DNA of 64,000 nt from an uncultured Spirochaetota bacterium (GTDB lineage: Bacteria; Spirochaetota; Spirochaetia; SZUA-6; Fen-1364). The stretch covers positions 288,001-352,000 of the forward strand of contig CAWAHW010000006.1 of NCBI GenBank assembly GCA_963781885.1. Reading direction: 5' to 3'. The position numbers and the translations under genes were made by a program. Every line of letters begins with the position of its first letter. Positions within the stretch are counted from its first letter, which is position 1. A model generated the notes under the pieces. It was not told the DNA's origin. It ran no database searches and saw only the letters and a list, made by a program, of their open reading frames with translations. Of this stretch, positions 49,726 to 61,149 are shown piece after piece.

Positions 49726-50493
49726 ATGAAGGCACCTTTGATGAAAGCAGCCTTGTGCGTTGTCCTTCTGATGGGCGCCGCGGCAGCGGTCGCCGCGCAG
49801 TCCCTCCTGGACAACCAGTACTACAAGAGCGCAAAAGACCTGCTGGCCCAGTCCCAGACGGCGATGCAGACCGGCGACTACGACGGGGCTGCGCGTCTTG
49901 CCGCCCAGGCCCATGACGCGCTTGCACAGTCGGACGACTATGTCGCCACGATGACCCAGTTTTATCGCGCCAACGGCTGGCTTTCCCAGGCGAATGCGCG
50001 GATTGCCTATGCCAAGAGCATCAACGCCGACGTGAACGACAAGGACGTCTACGACAAGGCCACGGCGGACTCTCAAGACGCGAAAACGGCGCTGGACGCA
50101 AAGGACTACCAGAAGAGCATCGACCTCTCCAAGGGGGTGATTGCGGCGCTGGCAAATATCGCTCCCGCGGCCGTGGCGGCAGCGCCGGCAGCCCCTGCGG
50201 CCCCCGCCCCCGCGCAGCCTGAAGGCCCTTCGCCGCTGCCGGCGGCCTACGTCCTGCGCTCCCTGCATCCGGTCGGGGATTGCTTCTGGCTGATTGCCGG
50301 CTACCCCTTCGTCTACGGAAACCCGTGGAAGTGGAAGCTTCTCTATGACGCGAACAAGTCTTTGCTGAAGGATCCCAACAACCCCGATCTGATCGAGGTC
50401 GGGACACGGATCGTCATCCCCAGCGCCAATGGCGAAAAGCGCGAAGGCGACTACGATCCGCAGAAACAGTACCCGTCGATCGTGGTGCCCTGA
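49726..50493 (+). CDS. exported helical protein with C-terminal LysM (spirochaete-type)
   Basis: DCFWLIAGYPFVYGNPWKWKLLYDAN...NPDLIEVG..IVIP. Confidence 0.85.
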   Translation: MKAPLMKAALCVVLLMGAAAAVAAQSLLDNQYYKSAKDLLAQSQTAMQTGDYDGAARLAAQAHDALAQSDDYVATMTQFYRANGWLSQANARIAYAKSINADVNDKDVYDKATADSQDAKTALDAKDYQKSIDLSKGVIAALANIAPAAVAAAPAAPAAPAPAQPEGPSPLPAAYVLRSLHPVGDCFWLIAGYPFVYGNPWKWKLLYDANKSLLKDPNNPDLIEVGTRIVIPSANGEKREGDYDPQKQYPSIVVP

Positions 50494-50657
50494 GACGGGA
50501 GCCGGCTCTCCCGCGGCCCTGGAGATCGGCCTTTTCGCACATCCACCGTGGGGAGCGGGAGGTGCGGGGCCGATCTCGCCCGTTGCGACGCCGCTGGACT
50601 TGTGCGCCGGATCAGGTATCTTAGAGACGGCAGCAGGCACGCAAAAAAGGGAGCGGA

Positions 50658-53189
50658 GTGTCGGCAGAACGCATCAGCCGTTTCAGGAAGCCTCTTGTCG
50701 AATACCTCGTCGCGATAGCCGCAGTCTGCGTCGCGTTCATCCTGCGGGAGGCGCTTTCATTCCTGACGGGTCCGGACTTTCCGGAATACGTCCTGTTCTA
50801 TCCCACCGTCATGACCGTTGCGCTCCTCCTCGGCACCGGTCCCGCCCTTTCTTCGATCGTTCTGGCGGCAGCGCTCCTGGTGCTGTCGCGCACCCATTCA
50901 TGGCTTCGGCCGTCGCTTCCCACCGACTCATCCAGCTTCGTCGTCGGGCTCGTACTTTTTGTCGGCGTCTGCGTCTTTCTCACCGTGGTGGCCGAGGCGT
51001 ACCGTCGCAGCCGTGTGAAGGCCGAAGCCTACGACCGCGAGGAGGCCCTGCGGGAGAGCCAGAAGGCGCTCCAGAGGCAGGCGGAGCTCCTGCGGCTTTC
51101 CTTCGACGCGATCATCGTCTGGAGGTTGGGCGGCGAGGTGGAAAGCTGGAACAACGGTGCCGAGGACCTCTACGGCTTTTCGGAAAAGGAGGCGCTGGGT
51201 CGCAACATCCACGACCTGCTGCGGACTGCGCGCGAAAGACCCTGGGCGGCGGTGGAGGGAATCCTCAATCAGCGTGGGCATTGGCAGGGGGAGGCACGGC
51301 AGGTCGCTCACGATGGGCGCGCGCTCGTCGTCTCCTCACGGCTCCACATCGGGAGGGACCCGGACGGCCAGGTGCGCGTGCTGGAGATCGACCGCGACAT
51401 CACGGAGCAGAAGCGCGTCCAGGAAGAGCTGAAGCGCGCGCACGACGAGCTGGAAGAGAAGGTGCAGAAACGTACGAATGACCTGCAGAAGGCCAACCGG
51501 ACGCTCCTGATGGTGAGCGCCTGCGATCAGGCGCTCGTGCAGATCGCCGATGAGAAGGAGCTCATCTCCGTCATCTGCCAGATCATCCAGGACGAGGGCG
51601 GCTACCCGCTCGTCTGGGTCGGTCTCACCGATGGCACGGGGGGGGCGCTGCAGTGCGTCGCCGCTGCCGGGGACCGCGACGGGTTCCTGGACGCCAGCGG
51701 CCAGCCCTTCGCGGCCGCCGAAGGACCGGCGCCACGCGCCGCGGCGACGGGCGAGCCCGTCGTGGTGGAGGACATCGCCTCCTGTCCGGATGCCTCCTCC
51801 TGGCGGCAGAAGGCGCTCGCGAAAGGCTTTTCCGGGATCGCGGCTCTTCCCCTCGTGAGCGCGCGCATGGGCGCCTTCGGCGTCCTGGTCATCCACGCCG
51901 GCAGCGGCGTGGGCCTGCAGGAAAACCCGCTCTCCCTTCTGAAGGAGATCGTAGACGATCTGGCCTTCGGCGTCCTGTCGCTGCGCGCGCGGGCCGAGCG
52001 GGACCAGGCCCAGCGCGACCTGGAGCTGAAAGCGGCGCAGCTTCGCATGCTCACGGGGGAGATCGTCCGCGTCGAGCAGCGGGAGCGGCAGAGGATCGCG
52101 CGGCTGCTCCACGACCAGTTCCAGCAGCTTCTCGCCGCGGCGCTCTATAGCGTGGCGGCCCTCGCGCCGGGCATGCCGCCGCAGGAGTTCAAGGAGGGGA
52201 CGGCGAAGCTCAACAGCCTCCTTCGCGAATCAATCGCCGTGTCGCGCTCCCTCACCTCCGAGCTGGGGCATCCCGCGCTCTCCGATCCGGACCTGCGCGC
52301 GGGGCTCGAATGGCTTGCCGCGTGGATGAAAGAGAAGCACGGTCTGCGCGTGCAGGTCGCTTCGGGCGACCCCGTGCAGGTTGCCGCGGAGGAGACGCGC
52401 GCCATGCTGCTCCAGGCCGTCCGCGAGCTCCTCTTCAACGTCGTGAAGCACGCCGGCGTGAATGCGGCGGCCGTCGGTGTCCGGCGATCCGCCGATGGCC
52501 GCGTCACCGTCACCGTGACGGATGAAGGGGTGGGCTTCGATCCGCAGGGCCTCTTCGCGGCGGGCGCGTCGACCGGCGGCGTCGGCCTTTTCAGCATCCG
52601 CGAGCGCCTGGCGCTGGCCGGCGGCGGCATCGACATCGTGAGCGCGCCCGGCGCGGGCAGCCGTTTCACCGTCTGGATCTCCGACGAGCCGGCCGCCGCG
52701 GGGGTCGCGGAGCGGCCGCTCCGGGGGGAAACCAGCCCCGCGCCGCCGCACGGCGCGCCGACGGCGTCCGGGACGCGGGCGGGTCAGCGTTTGCGCGTGC
52801 TGATCGTCGACGACCATGCGCTCGTCCGCGAGGGGCTTGCGCTGCAGATCAGGCAGCAGCCGGACATGGAGATCGTCGGAGAGGCCGCCGACGGGGAGGC
52901 TGCGGTGGAGCTGGCCGCGCGGCTCGCTCCCGACGTGGTCACGATGGACCTGAGCCTGCCGGGCATCGACGGCATCGAGGCCGCGCGCAGGATCCACGCC
53001 GCGCAGCCCGCGGCAAGGATCATCGGCCTCTCGATGTTCGAGGAGCCCCGGCAGGCGGCCGCCATGCGCGATGCCGGCGCGGCGGCCTATGTCTCGAAGA
53101 CCGCGTCGGTGGAGACGCTGCTGGAAGCCATCCGCGCGGGCGCGGTCCATCACGCCACGCCGCGGCGACACGAGCCCGCGGCATCCTGA
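50658..53189 (+). CDS. hybrid sensor kinase (membrane domain-PAS-GAF-HisKA_3-HATPase-REC)
   Basis: SWNNGAE.LYG, ERQRIARLLHD, ELLFNVVKHA, DEGVGF, VLIVDDH, MDLSLPG. Confidence 0.9.
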   Translation: MSAERISRFRKPLVEYLVAIAAVCVAFILREALSFLTGPDFPEYVLFYPTVMTVALLLGTGPALSSIVLAAALLVLSRTHSWLRPSLPTDSSSFVVGLVLFVGVCVFLTVVAEAYRRSRVKAEAYDREEALRESQKALQRQAELLRLSFDAIIVWRLGGEVESWNNGAEDLYGFSEKEALGRNIHDLLRTARERPWAAVEGILNQRGHWQGEARQVAHDGRALVVSSRLHIGRDPDGQVRVLEIDRDITEQKRVQEELKRAHDELEEKVQKRTNDLQKANRTLLMVSACDQALVQIADEKELISVICQIIQDEGGYPLVWVGLTDGTGGALQCVAAAGDRDGFLDASGQPFAAAEGPAPRAAATGEPVVVEDIASCPDASSWRQKALAKGFSGIAALPLVSARMGAFGVLVIHAGSGVGLQENPLSLLKEIVDDLAFGVLSLRARAERDQAQRDLELKAAQLRMLTGEIVRVEQRERQRIARLLHDQFQQLLAAALYSVAALAPGMPPQEFKEGTAKLNSLLRESIAVSRSLTSELGHPALSDPDLRAGLEWLAAWMKEKHGLRVQVASGDPVQVAAEETRAMLLQAVRELLFNVVKHAGVNAAAVGVRRSADGRVTVTVTDEGVGFDPQGLFAAGASTGGVGLFSIRERLALAGGGIDIVSAPGAGSRFTVWISDEPAAAGVAERPLRGETSPAPPHGAPTASGTRAGQRLRVLIVDDHALVREGLALQIRQQPDMEIVGEAADGEAAVELAARLAPDVVTMDLSLPGIDGIEAARRIHAAQPAARIIGLSMFEEPRQAAAMRDAGAAAYVSKTASVETLLEAIRAGAVHHATPRRHEPAAS

Positions 53190-53285
53190 TTCTGTCGAAT
53201 TTGTTCGACAATCGATTCATGCATACGACGATGGCTGCCGCGGAACGTGATTGCTATCCTCTCGTTCAAGAGGTATGTCTACCGC

Positions 53286-53567
53286 GTGGCAGTGCAGGAC
53301 CAGTCTGGCGACAACGTTGAAGAGCAGATCGCGGAATGCGCGGGCAGGATCGTGACCGTGCTGAGCCGGGTGCGCCAGGCGAATCTTCTTCAGCTTTCGG
53401 AACACCTCACCGACCGGAGCACACTCATTTACCAGGCCGTCGGCTGGCTTGCGCGGGAGGGGCGCATCCGCTACGAGCGGCACGGGAACCAGGTCTACGT
53501 CCTCCTTCGGACCCCGTCCGCCGGACCGGGGAACGCGCGGCCAGGCCGCACACCGAATAAGACGTGA
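53286..53567 (+). CDS. small winged-helix protein (DUF2582-like)
   Basis: I.ECAGRI...L, YQAVGWLAREGRI; start uncertain. Confidence 0.7.
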   Translation: MAVQDQSGDNVEEQIAECAGRIVTVLSRVRQANLLQLSEHLTDRSTLIYQAVGWLAREGRIRYERHGNQVYVLLRTPSAGPGNARPGRTPNKT

Positions 53568-53738
53568 TGCTTCGAGTCGCCGGCACCCGCACGGCGCTTC
53601 ATGCACCTCCTTTTTTCCTTGCCACCCTCGGGCGCGTTGCGCCCGGGGGTGGCTTTTTCACTATGCAGAGACGGGCGGCCGTGCGATAGTGGTGCCGAGG
53701 CTCCCCGTCGTGACGGGCGCGCGAGCCTTGCGGCGACC

Positions 53739-54368
53739 ATGAAAATTGCACTCTGTGACGATCATCCCATTTTTCGCGAAGGCCTCACGACGATCCTCCG
53801 TCACCACACCGACATCCACGTGGAGCTGGAGGCGGGAAGCGGCGCCGAGCTCCTGCGGCTTGTCGCCGGCCGCCGCCTCGACGTCATCGTGCTGGACATC
53901 TCGCTTCCCGACATGAACGGCCTCGACATCATCAAGGCGCTGCGCGCGGCCGGCACGACGGCGGGCGTGCTCGTGCTCAGCATGCATCCCGAGGAGCAGT
54001 ATGCCCGGCGCGTGCTGAAGGCGGGGGCCGCGGGATATCTACAGAAGGACAGCCCTCCCGAGGAGCTCGTCGCCGCGATCCGCAGGATCGCGCAGGGCGG
54101 ACGCTACGTCACGGCCAGCCTGGCCGAAAGCCTCGCCGTGGACCTCGGCGGCAGGGCGGACGCGCCGGCCCACGAGATCCTGTCGGATCGCGAATACCAG
54201 GTGCTCTGCCTGCTCGCGTCGGGAAAGGGCGTCAAGGAGATCGCGCACGAGCTCACGCTGAGCGCCCCCACGGTCTCCACCTATCGTGCGCGCATTTTCG
54301 AAAAACTTGCAATTTCCTCCACCGCGGAGCTGGTCCGCTACGCGATCGCGCACGGCCTGGTGGAATAG
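53739..54368 (+). CDS. NarL/UvrY-family response regulator
   Basis: LCDDHPIFREG, LDISLP, LSMHPEEQYA, LSDREYQV, TVSTYRARIFEKL. Confidence 0.93.
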   Translation: MKIALCDDHPIFREGLTTILRHHTDIHVELEAGSGAELLRLVAGRRLDVIVLDISLPDMNGLDIIKALRAAGTTAGVLVLSMHPEEQYARRVLKAGAAGYLQKDSPPEELVAAIRRIAQGGRYVTASLAESLAVDLGGRADAPAHEILSDREYQVLCLLASGKGVKEIAHELTLSAPTVSTYRARIFEKLAISSTAELVRYAIAHGLVE

Positions 54369-54385
54369 CCCGGCGGGGCTGCCGA

Positions 54386-56089
<1,704 letters not shown>

Positions 56090-56152
56090 TGCGAGCGGAA
56101 AAATAGCATGCGCGGTCGGGACCGTCTATGCCGCCGCGTCGAGCCGGCGCAA

Positions 56153-56197
56153 TGGAACACTTGTCTCATTGCGATGGAACAGTCGGGACATGTTTCA
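56153..56197. promoter_or_regulatory. candidate bEBP enhancer (upstream activating sequence)
   Basis: TGGAACA (56153), TGTCTCA-N6-TGGAACA (56162-56181), GGGACATGTTTCA (56185-56197). Confidence 0.5.
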
Positions 56198-56252
56198 GGT
56201 CCCTGCATCCTATTTTGAGCGCTTTTACGCCTTAATTTGGCGTGCACGGCGC

Positions 56253-56268
56253 TGGCACGTAAATTGCT
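56253..56268 (+). promoter_or_regulatory. sigma54 -24/-12 promoter
   Basis: TGGCAC-GTAAA-TTGCT, matching the consensus TGGCAC-N5-TTGCW. Confidence 0.75.
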
Positions 56269-56279
56269 TCATCTCCAGT

Positions 56280-56477
56280 ATGGCTGCAAGAACGATGAAT
56301 GTCCTGGGTCGACGACTGAAAGCGCGCAAGGCGACGTCGGGCGACACGCAGGTTTTCGTGGTCGAGGATTCGGGAGAGCTTGTTGCGGTTGTCGTGGACA
56401 AGCAGCGGGGCGTCGTACGGATCCCGCTCGGCGCCACGGGTCAGCCGACGCAGTTTTCCTCCTGCGCGCGCGAGTAG
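56280..56477 (+). CDS. small hypothetical protein (65 aa)
   Basis: ATG at the predicted sigma54 start site; basic N-terminus followed by beta-strand-like segments. Confidence 0.6.
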   Translation: MAARTMNVLGRRLKARKATSGDTQVFVVEDSGELVAVVVDKQRGVVRIPLGATGQPTQFSSCARE

Positions 56478-56534
56478 CCGCGCACACGCTTCCCGCTGGC
56501 ATGCGCGCGCCGAAGCGGCTATAGTGGGCCCGTC

Positions 56535-57146
56535 ATGAAGGGCGCGCACATCGTGGGCATCGCGGGCGGATCGGGATCGGGAAAGACCACCATCGTCACC
56601 CGCATCACCGAGATCGTCCGTGACTACGCGCTGGTTCCGCAGGACAACTACTACCGCTCCGCCGAGCACCTCACCAACCAGTCCATCACCGAGTTCAATT
56701 TCGACCATCCCGACGCCTTCGACAGCGAGCTCCTCTTCGAGCATCTCCTGGCCCTGAAGGAAGGCAACCCCATCCTCATGCCGCAGTACGATTTCGTGCA
56801 TAACCGCCGGCGGAGCGACACGGTGCTCGTGGAGCCGCGCCGCCTGGTGATCCTGGAAGGGATCATGGTCTTCCACGACAAGCGCATCCGGGACCTCATC
56901 GACCTGAAACTGTACGTGGACACCCCTGACGACATACGGTTCATCCGGCGGCTGCAGCGCGACATCACCGAGCGCGGCAGGACGGTGGAATCCGTGATCG
57001 CGCAGTACCAGGCAGTGGTGCGGCCGGGCCACTACGAGTTCGTCGAGCCCACGAAGGTCTATGCGGACCTCATCATCCCCGAGGGCGGCTTCAACGAACG
57101 CGCCATGAGCGCGCTCATTCCCTTCCTCATGCAGATCGCGGGATAG
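56535..57146 (+). CDS. udk: uridine kinase
   Basis: GIAGGSGSGKTT, QDNYY, NFDHPDAFD, ILEGI, RRLQRD..ERGR. Confidence 0.95.
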   Translation: MKGAHIVGIAGGSGSGKTTIVTRITEIVRDYALVPQDNYYRSAEHLTNQSITEFNFDHPDAFDSELLFEHLLALKEGNPILMPQYDFVHNRRRSDTVLVEPRRLVILEGIMVFHDKRIRDLIDLKLYVDTPDDIRFIRRLQRDITERGRTVESVIAQYQAVVRPGHYEFVEPTKVYADLIIPEGGFNERAMSALIPFLMQIAG

Positions 57147-57151
57147 CCCGG

Positions 57152-58264
57152 GTGCTGCCGTCGTTTGCCCTGGAAAGGTATTTCGCCGCCCACGAGTTCT
57201 CCGCGGCGCACCTGCTGTGCTGCTCGGACTGTGAGTCCGTGAGCACGGCGGAGCTGCTGGCGATGGAGCCCGGCGGCCAGGATGCCCTTCTCGGTCTCCG
57301 CCTCGGGTACACGGAAAGCGCCGGAAGCCCGTCGCTGCGTCGGGAGATCGCGCGCCTGTATCGATCCACGGCACCGGAAAACGTGCTGGTGTGCGCGGGC
57401 GCGGAGGAGGCCATTTACCTCTTCATGCACGCGGCGCTCGACCCGGGGGATCACGTCATCGTGCACGCGCCCTGCTACCAGTCGCTTGCCGCCGTGGCAG
57501 TCTCTCTGGGATGCAATGTCTCCCCGTGGGAAGCGCGCGAGGAGGACGGCTGGGCGCCGGATCCCCGCGCTCTTCGCCGGCTCATCGGACCCCGAACGAA
57601 AGTCATCGTCTTCAATTCGCCGCACAACCCCACCGGCTGTCACGTGCCGGAGGCGACGCTGCGGGAAATCGTGGAGATCGCGGAGACCCGAGGGATCGCA
57701 CTTTTTTCGGACGAGGTCTATCGAGGCCTGGAGCGGCAGCCCTCCGACCGTCTGCCCGGCGCCTGCGACCTGGGCGAAAAAACGGTGTCCCTCGGCGTCA
57801 TGTCAAAGACCTACGGTCTGGCCGGCCTGCGCATCGGCTGGCTGGCCACGCGGGACAAGGCCCTTCTTTCGCGCGTCGCCGGCCTGAAGGACTACACGAC
57901 GATCTGCAGCGCCGCCCCCAGCGAGCTTCTTGCAGAGATCGGCCTGCGGCATGGGGAAGAGCTTGCGGCGCGCAACCGCGCCATCATCGACGCCAACCTC
58001 GCGCGGCTGGATGCCTTCTTCGGCCGGCACGCGGACCTTTTTTCGTGGGAGCGCCCGCGGGCGGGGCCCATCGGCTTTCCGCGGCTGCTCGTCGGCGACG
58101 TCGATGGCTTCTGCGACGAGCTGGTGCGGACGCGCGGCGTCCTCCTCCTTCCGGGAACGGTCTACCAGGACCGCGGGAACCATTTTCGGATCGGCTTCGG
58201 CCGCGCAAGCATGCCGGAGGCGCTGGGGGAGCTGGAGGCCTTCCTGGAAAAACGCCGGTCCTGA
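57152..58264 (+). CDS. class I/II PLP aminotransferase
   Basis: FALERYF, SDCE, LGYTES.G...[30 protein letters not shown]. Confidence 0.9.
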   Translation: MLPSFALERYFAAHEFSAAHLLCCSDCESVSTAELLAMEPGGQDALLGLRLGYTESAGSPSLRREIARLYRSTAPENVLVCAGAEEAIYLFMHAALDPGDHVIVHAPCYQSLAAVAVSLGCNVSPWEAREEDGWAPDPRALRRLIGPRTKVIVFNSPHNPTGCHVPEATLREIVEIAETRGIALFSDEVYRGLERQPSDRLPGACDLGEKTVSLGVMSKTYGLAGLRIGWLATRDKALLSRVAGLKDYTTICSAAPSELLAEIGLRHGEELAARNRAIIDANLARLDAFFGRHADLFSWERPRAGPIGFPRLLVGDVDGFCDELVRTRGVLLLPGTVYQDRGNHFRIGFGRASMPEALGELEAFLEKRRS

Positions 58265-58340
58265 ACGGGCTCCCGGTCTTCCCTGCAGGCGCGGCACGCG
58301 GGGGGCAACCGGTAGTATCTTGGAGTCACAGGAGGCGCCC

Positions 58341-58730
58341 ATGTTCAACGCGAAAGCGGCATTCAGCGGATTTTCCGTAGATGATATGGCAAAGGCGGAG
58401 AAGTTCTATTCCTCGACCCTTGGGTTGAAGGTGGACAGCTCGAAGATGGGGCTCACGCTGCACCTGCCCGGTGGTGCAACGGTGTACGTCTACCAGAAGA
58501 ACAATCACGAGCCGGCCACCTACACCATTCTCAACTTCGTCGTGGATGACATCGACAAGGCGGTGGACGAGCTCACGAAGATCGGCGTTCAATTCGAGCA
58601 CTACGACGACGGCGTGAAGACCGATAAGAAAGGCATTGCGCGCGGCATTGCCGCGAAGCAAGGCCCGGACATCGCCTGGTTCAAGGATCCTGCCGGCAAC
58701 TTCATCTCGGTGCTGAAAGAGGCTGAATAG
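58341..58730 (+). CDS. VOC/glyoxalase family protein
   Basis: AFSGFSVDD...[30 protein letters not shown]. Confidence 0.92.
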   Translation: MFNAKAAFSGFSVDDMAKAEKFYSSTLGLKVDSSKMGLTLHLPGGATVYVYQKNNHEPATYTILNFVVDDIDKAVDELTKIGVQFEHYDDGVKTDKKGIARGIAAKQGPDIAWFKDPAGNFISVLKEAE

Positions 58731-58805
58731 CCCGAAGCGGTCTTGCCGCCGTGAGCCGCGCGCTCTCCCGCTCGGCCCGCGCCCTCCCTCCACGCGCGGC
58801 GCCTG

Positions 58806-58834
58806 TTGACCTTCGCAGGCATTCTTTCTAGACT
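58806..58834 (+). promoter_or_regulatory. sigma70 promoter of pfp
   Basis: TTGACC, 17 nt, TAGACT. Confidence 0.7.
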
Positions 58835-58905
58835 CACCCTCACGGAAGGCTGCCACGGAGTCATGGACCTTCCGCATTCCACCCGAACACTGGAGAAAGC
58901 ATCCT

Positions 58906-60132
58906 ATGGCCAAACTGACAGGCAAGGTCCTGATAGCACAGGGGGGCGGCCCCACGGCGGTCATCAACCAGTCCCTCGTGGGCGCGGTGCTCGAATCGCG
59001 AAAGTTTTTCGAGGTGACAAGGGTCTATGGCGCCACCAACGGGGTGCGCGGGATCATCAACGAGGATTTCCTCGACCTTTCGCAGGAAACGACGCACAAC
59101 CTCGAGCAGGTGGCGATGACCCCCTCCAGCGCGCTCCTGTCAACCCGCGACAAGCCCGACGACGCCTACTGCCGGGAGATCTTCAAGGTCTGCCAGGCGC
59201 ACGATGTGCGCTATTTTTTCTACATCGGCGGCAATGACAGCTGCGATACCGTGCGGATCGTGAACAGCAATGCCGAGGCGGCGGGCTACGACATGCGCTG
59301 CATCCACATCCCCAAGACCGTGGACAACGACCTGGTGGTGAACGACCATACGCCCGGCTTCGGCTCGGCGGCGCGCTACGTTGCGCAGGCCTTCATGGGC
59401 TACAACCTGGACAACCGCGCGCTTCCCGGCGTCTTCATCGGCATCGTCATGGGCCGCAACGCCGGATTCCTCACCGCGGCGGCAAGCCTGGGGCGCAAGT
59501 ACGAGGATGACGGCCCGCACCTCATCTACGTGCCGGAACGGCCCTTCTCCGAGGCGCAGTTCCTCGGTGACGTGAAGGCCGTCATGGCAAAGCACGGCCG
59601 CTGCCTCATCTCCGTGAGCGAAGGGGTGAAGGACAAGGACGGCAAGCCCTTCATGACGCGCCTCACGGGGAGCAAGGAGGCCGACGCACACGGAAACGTG
59701 CAGCTTTCAGGCTCCGGTGCCCTTGGGGACATGCTTTCCGACCTGGTGAAGGAGAAGCTGTCGATCAAGCGCGTGCGCGCCGATACGCTGGGCTACGCGC
59801 AACGCTCGTACCTCGGCGTCGTCTCCGACGTGGATGCCCACGAAGCGCGCGAGGTGGGTGAAAAGGCGGCGCAATTCGCGATCTGGCACGACCAGGACGG
59901 TTCGATCACCATCCAGCGCACCGGCAACTACTCCGTGGACTACCGTCTGGTGCCCCTGGAAGAGATCGCAGCCCTGACAAAGACGATGCCTGCAGAGTTC
60001 CTCAACGGCGCAGGCAACGATACGACGGCGGAGTTCTACACGTACGGGCGGCCGCTCCTGGGCTCCGGCTTCCCCAATGTGCACCGCATCCGCGCCCCGC
60101 GTGTCCCCAAGATCCTGAAAAACGGCAGGTAG
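58906..60132 (+). CDS. pfp: phosphofructokinase, pyrophosphate-dependent type
   Basis: QGGGPTAVIN, GGNDS (Asp typical of PPi use), PKTVDND, MGRNAG. Confidence 0.85.
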   Translation: MAKLTGKVLIAQGGGPTAVINQSLVGAVLESRKFFEVTRVYGATNGVRGIINEDFLDLSQETTHNLEQVAMTPSSALLSTRDKPDDAYCREIFKVCQAHDVRYFFYIGGNDSCDTVRIVNSNAEAAGYDMRCIHIPKTVDNDLVVNDHTPGFGSAARYVAQAFMGYNLDNRALPGVFIGIVMGRNAGFLTAAASLGRKYEDDGPHLIYVPERPFSEAQFLGDVKAVMAKHGRCLISVSEGVKDKDGKPFMTRLTGSKEADAHGNVQLSGSGALGDMLSDLVKEKLSIKRVRADTLGYAQRSYLGVVSDVDAHEAREVGEKAAQFAIWHDQDGSITIQRTGNYSVDYRLVPLEEIAALTKTMPAEFLNGAGNDTTAEFYTYGRPLLGSGFPNVHRIRAPRVPKILKNGR

Positions 60133-60183
60133 CGCGATCTTTTTCGTTGCTCCCGGCCGATTCATCGGGTAATCTCGACCGAA

Positions 60184-61086
60184 ATGGAAGCAAAGACGGG
60201 CACAGCAACAATCGTCCGGCGCCGACGCTGGGGGGATCGCTACGATGGAAGACGCCTGCGGTCGCTCGACCCCTTCAGCCAGATCGCCCCTTACATCATG
60301 CGTGCCCGATCGGACGCGCAGGTCTTGTTCGAGGATCGCATCGAGATCGGCAGGATCCAGCGGTGGCTGCGGCTCCAGCGCGACAAAGGCCGCGCCGATA
60401 TGGGCTTTCTCCACGTGCTCATCGCGGCCGTCGTGCGCACCCTCTCACAGAAGCCGGGCCTGAACAGGTTCGTCGCCGGGCAGCGGATCTATGCGCGGAA
60501 CGAGATACAGGTCTCTCTCGCGCTGAAGAAAAAGATGTCGGAGGACAGCCCGGAGACCACCATCAAGATCTCCTTCCCGCCCACCGACACCATCTGGGAG
60601 GTGGCGAGACGCGTCAACGAGGCAGTCGATGCGAACAAGGAGATCTCCGCACGCAATGCGACCGACAAGACGGCGCGGCTCTTCATGCTCGTGCCCGGTT
60701 CCATCGTGCGCATCCTTCTCTGGCTCGTGCGCGCCCTCGATTTTCACGGCAAACTCCCCCGGGCGATCCATCAGGCAAGCCCGTTCCACACGAGCGTTTT
60801 CGTCACCGACCTGGGCTCGCTTGGCATCAATCCCATCTATCACCATATCTACGACCTTGGGACCACGTCCGTTTTCGTTGCATTCGGCGGCAAGGAGCGC
60901 GTGCGGGAACTGGACCGGGAAGGAAGGGTCGTCGAGCGGAGATATATCGGGCTGAAAGTGGTCGGGGACGAGCGCATCTGCGACGGCTACTACTTTGCAA
61001 GCGCGCTGCGCTATTTCACGACGCTCCTCAAGGACCCGGCGCAACTGGAGAGCCCACCTGCGATCGTGGTGCAGGACCAGGAATAG
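60184..61086 (+). CDS. stand-alone 2-oxoacid dehydrogenase E2-like acyltransferase catalytic domain
   Basis: P.LNRFVAG.RIY.R, TDLGSLG, DERICDG (canonical DHRxxDG); no lipoyl domain. Confidence 0.75.
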   Translation: MEAKTGTATIVRRRRWGDRYDGRRLRSLDPFSQIAPYIMRARSDAQVLFEDRIEIGRIQRWLRLQRDKGRADMGFLHVLIAAVVRTLSQKPGLNRFVAGQRIYARNEIQVSLALKKKMSEDSPETTIKISFPPTDTIWEVARRVNEAVDANKEISARNATDKTARLFMLVPGSIVRILLWLVRALDFHGKLPRAIHQASPFHTSVFVTDLGSLGINPIYHHIYDLGTTSVFVAFGGKERVRELDREGRVVERRYIGLKVVGDERICDGYYFASALRYFTTLLKDPAQLESPPAIVVQDQE

Positions 61087-61149
61087 GCCAGCGGTACTCG
61101 GCGGCAAGGCGCGACCGCGGCCGCCCGCGCACCCGGAACCCTGTCCGGC

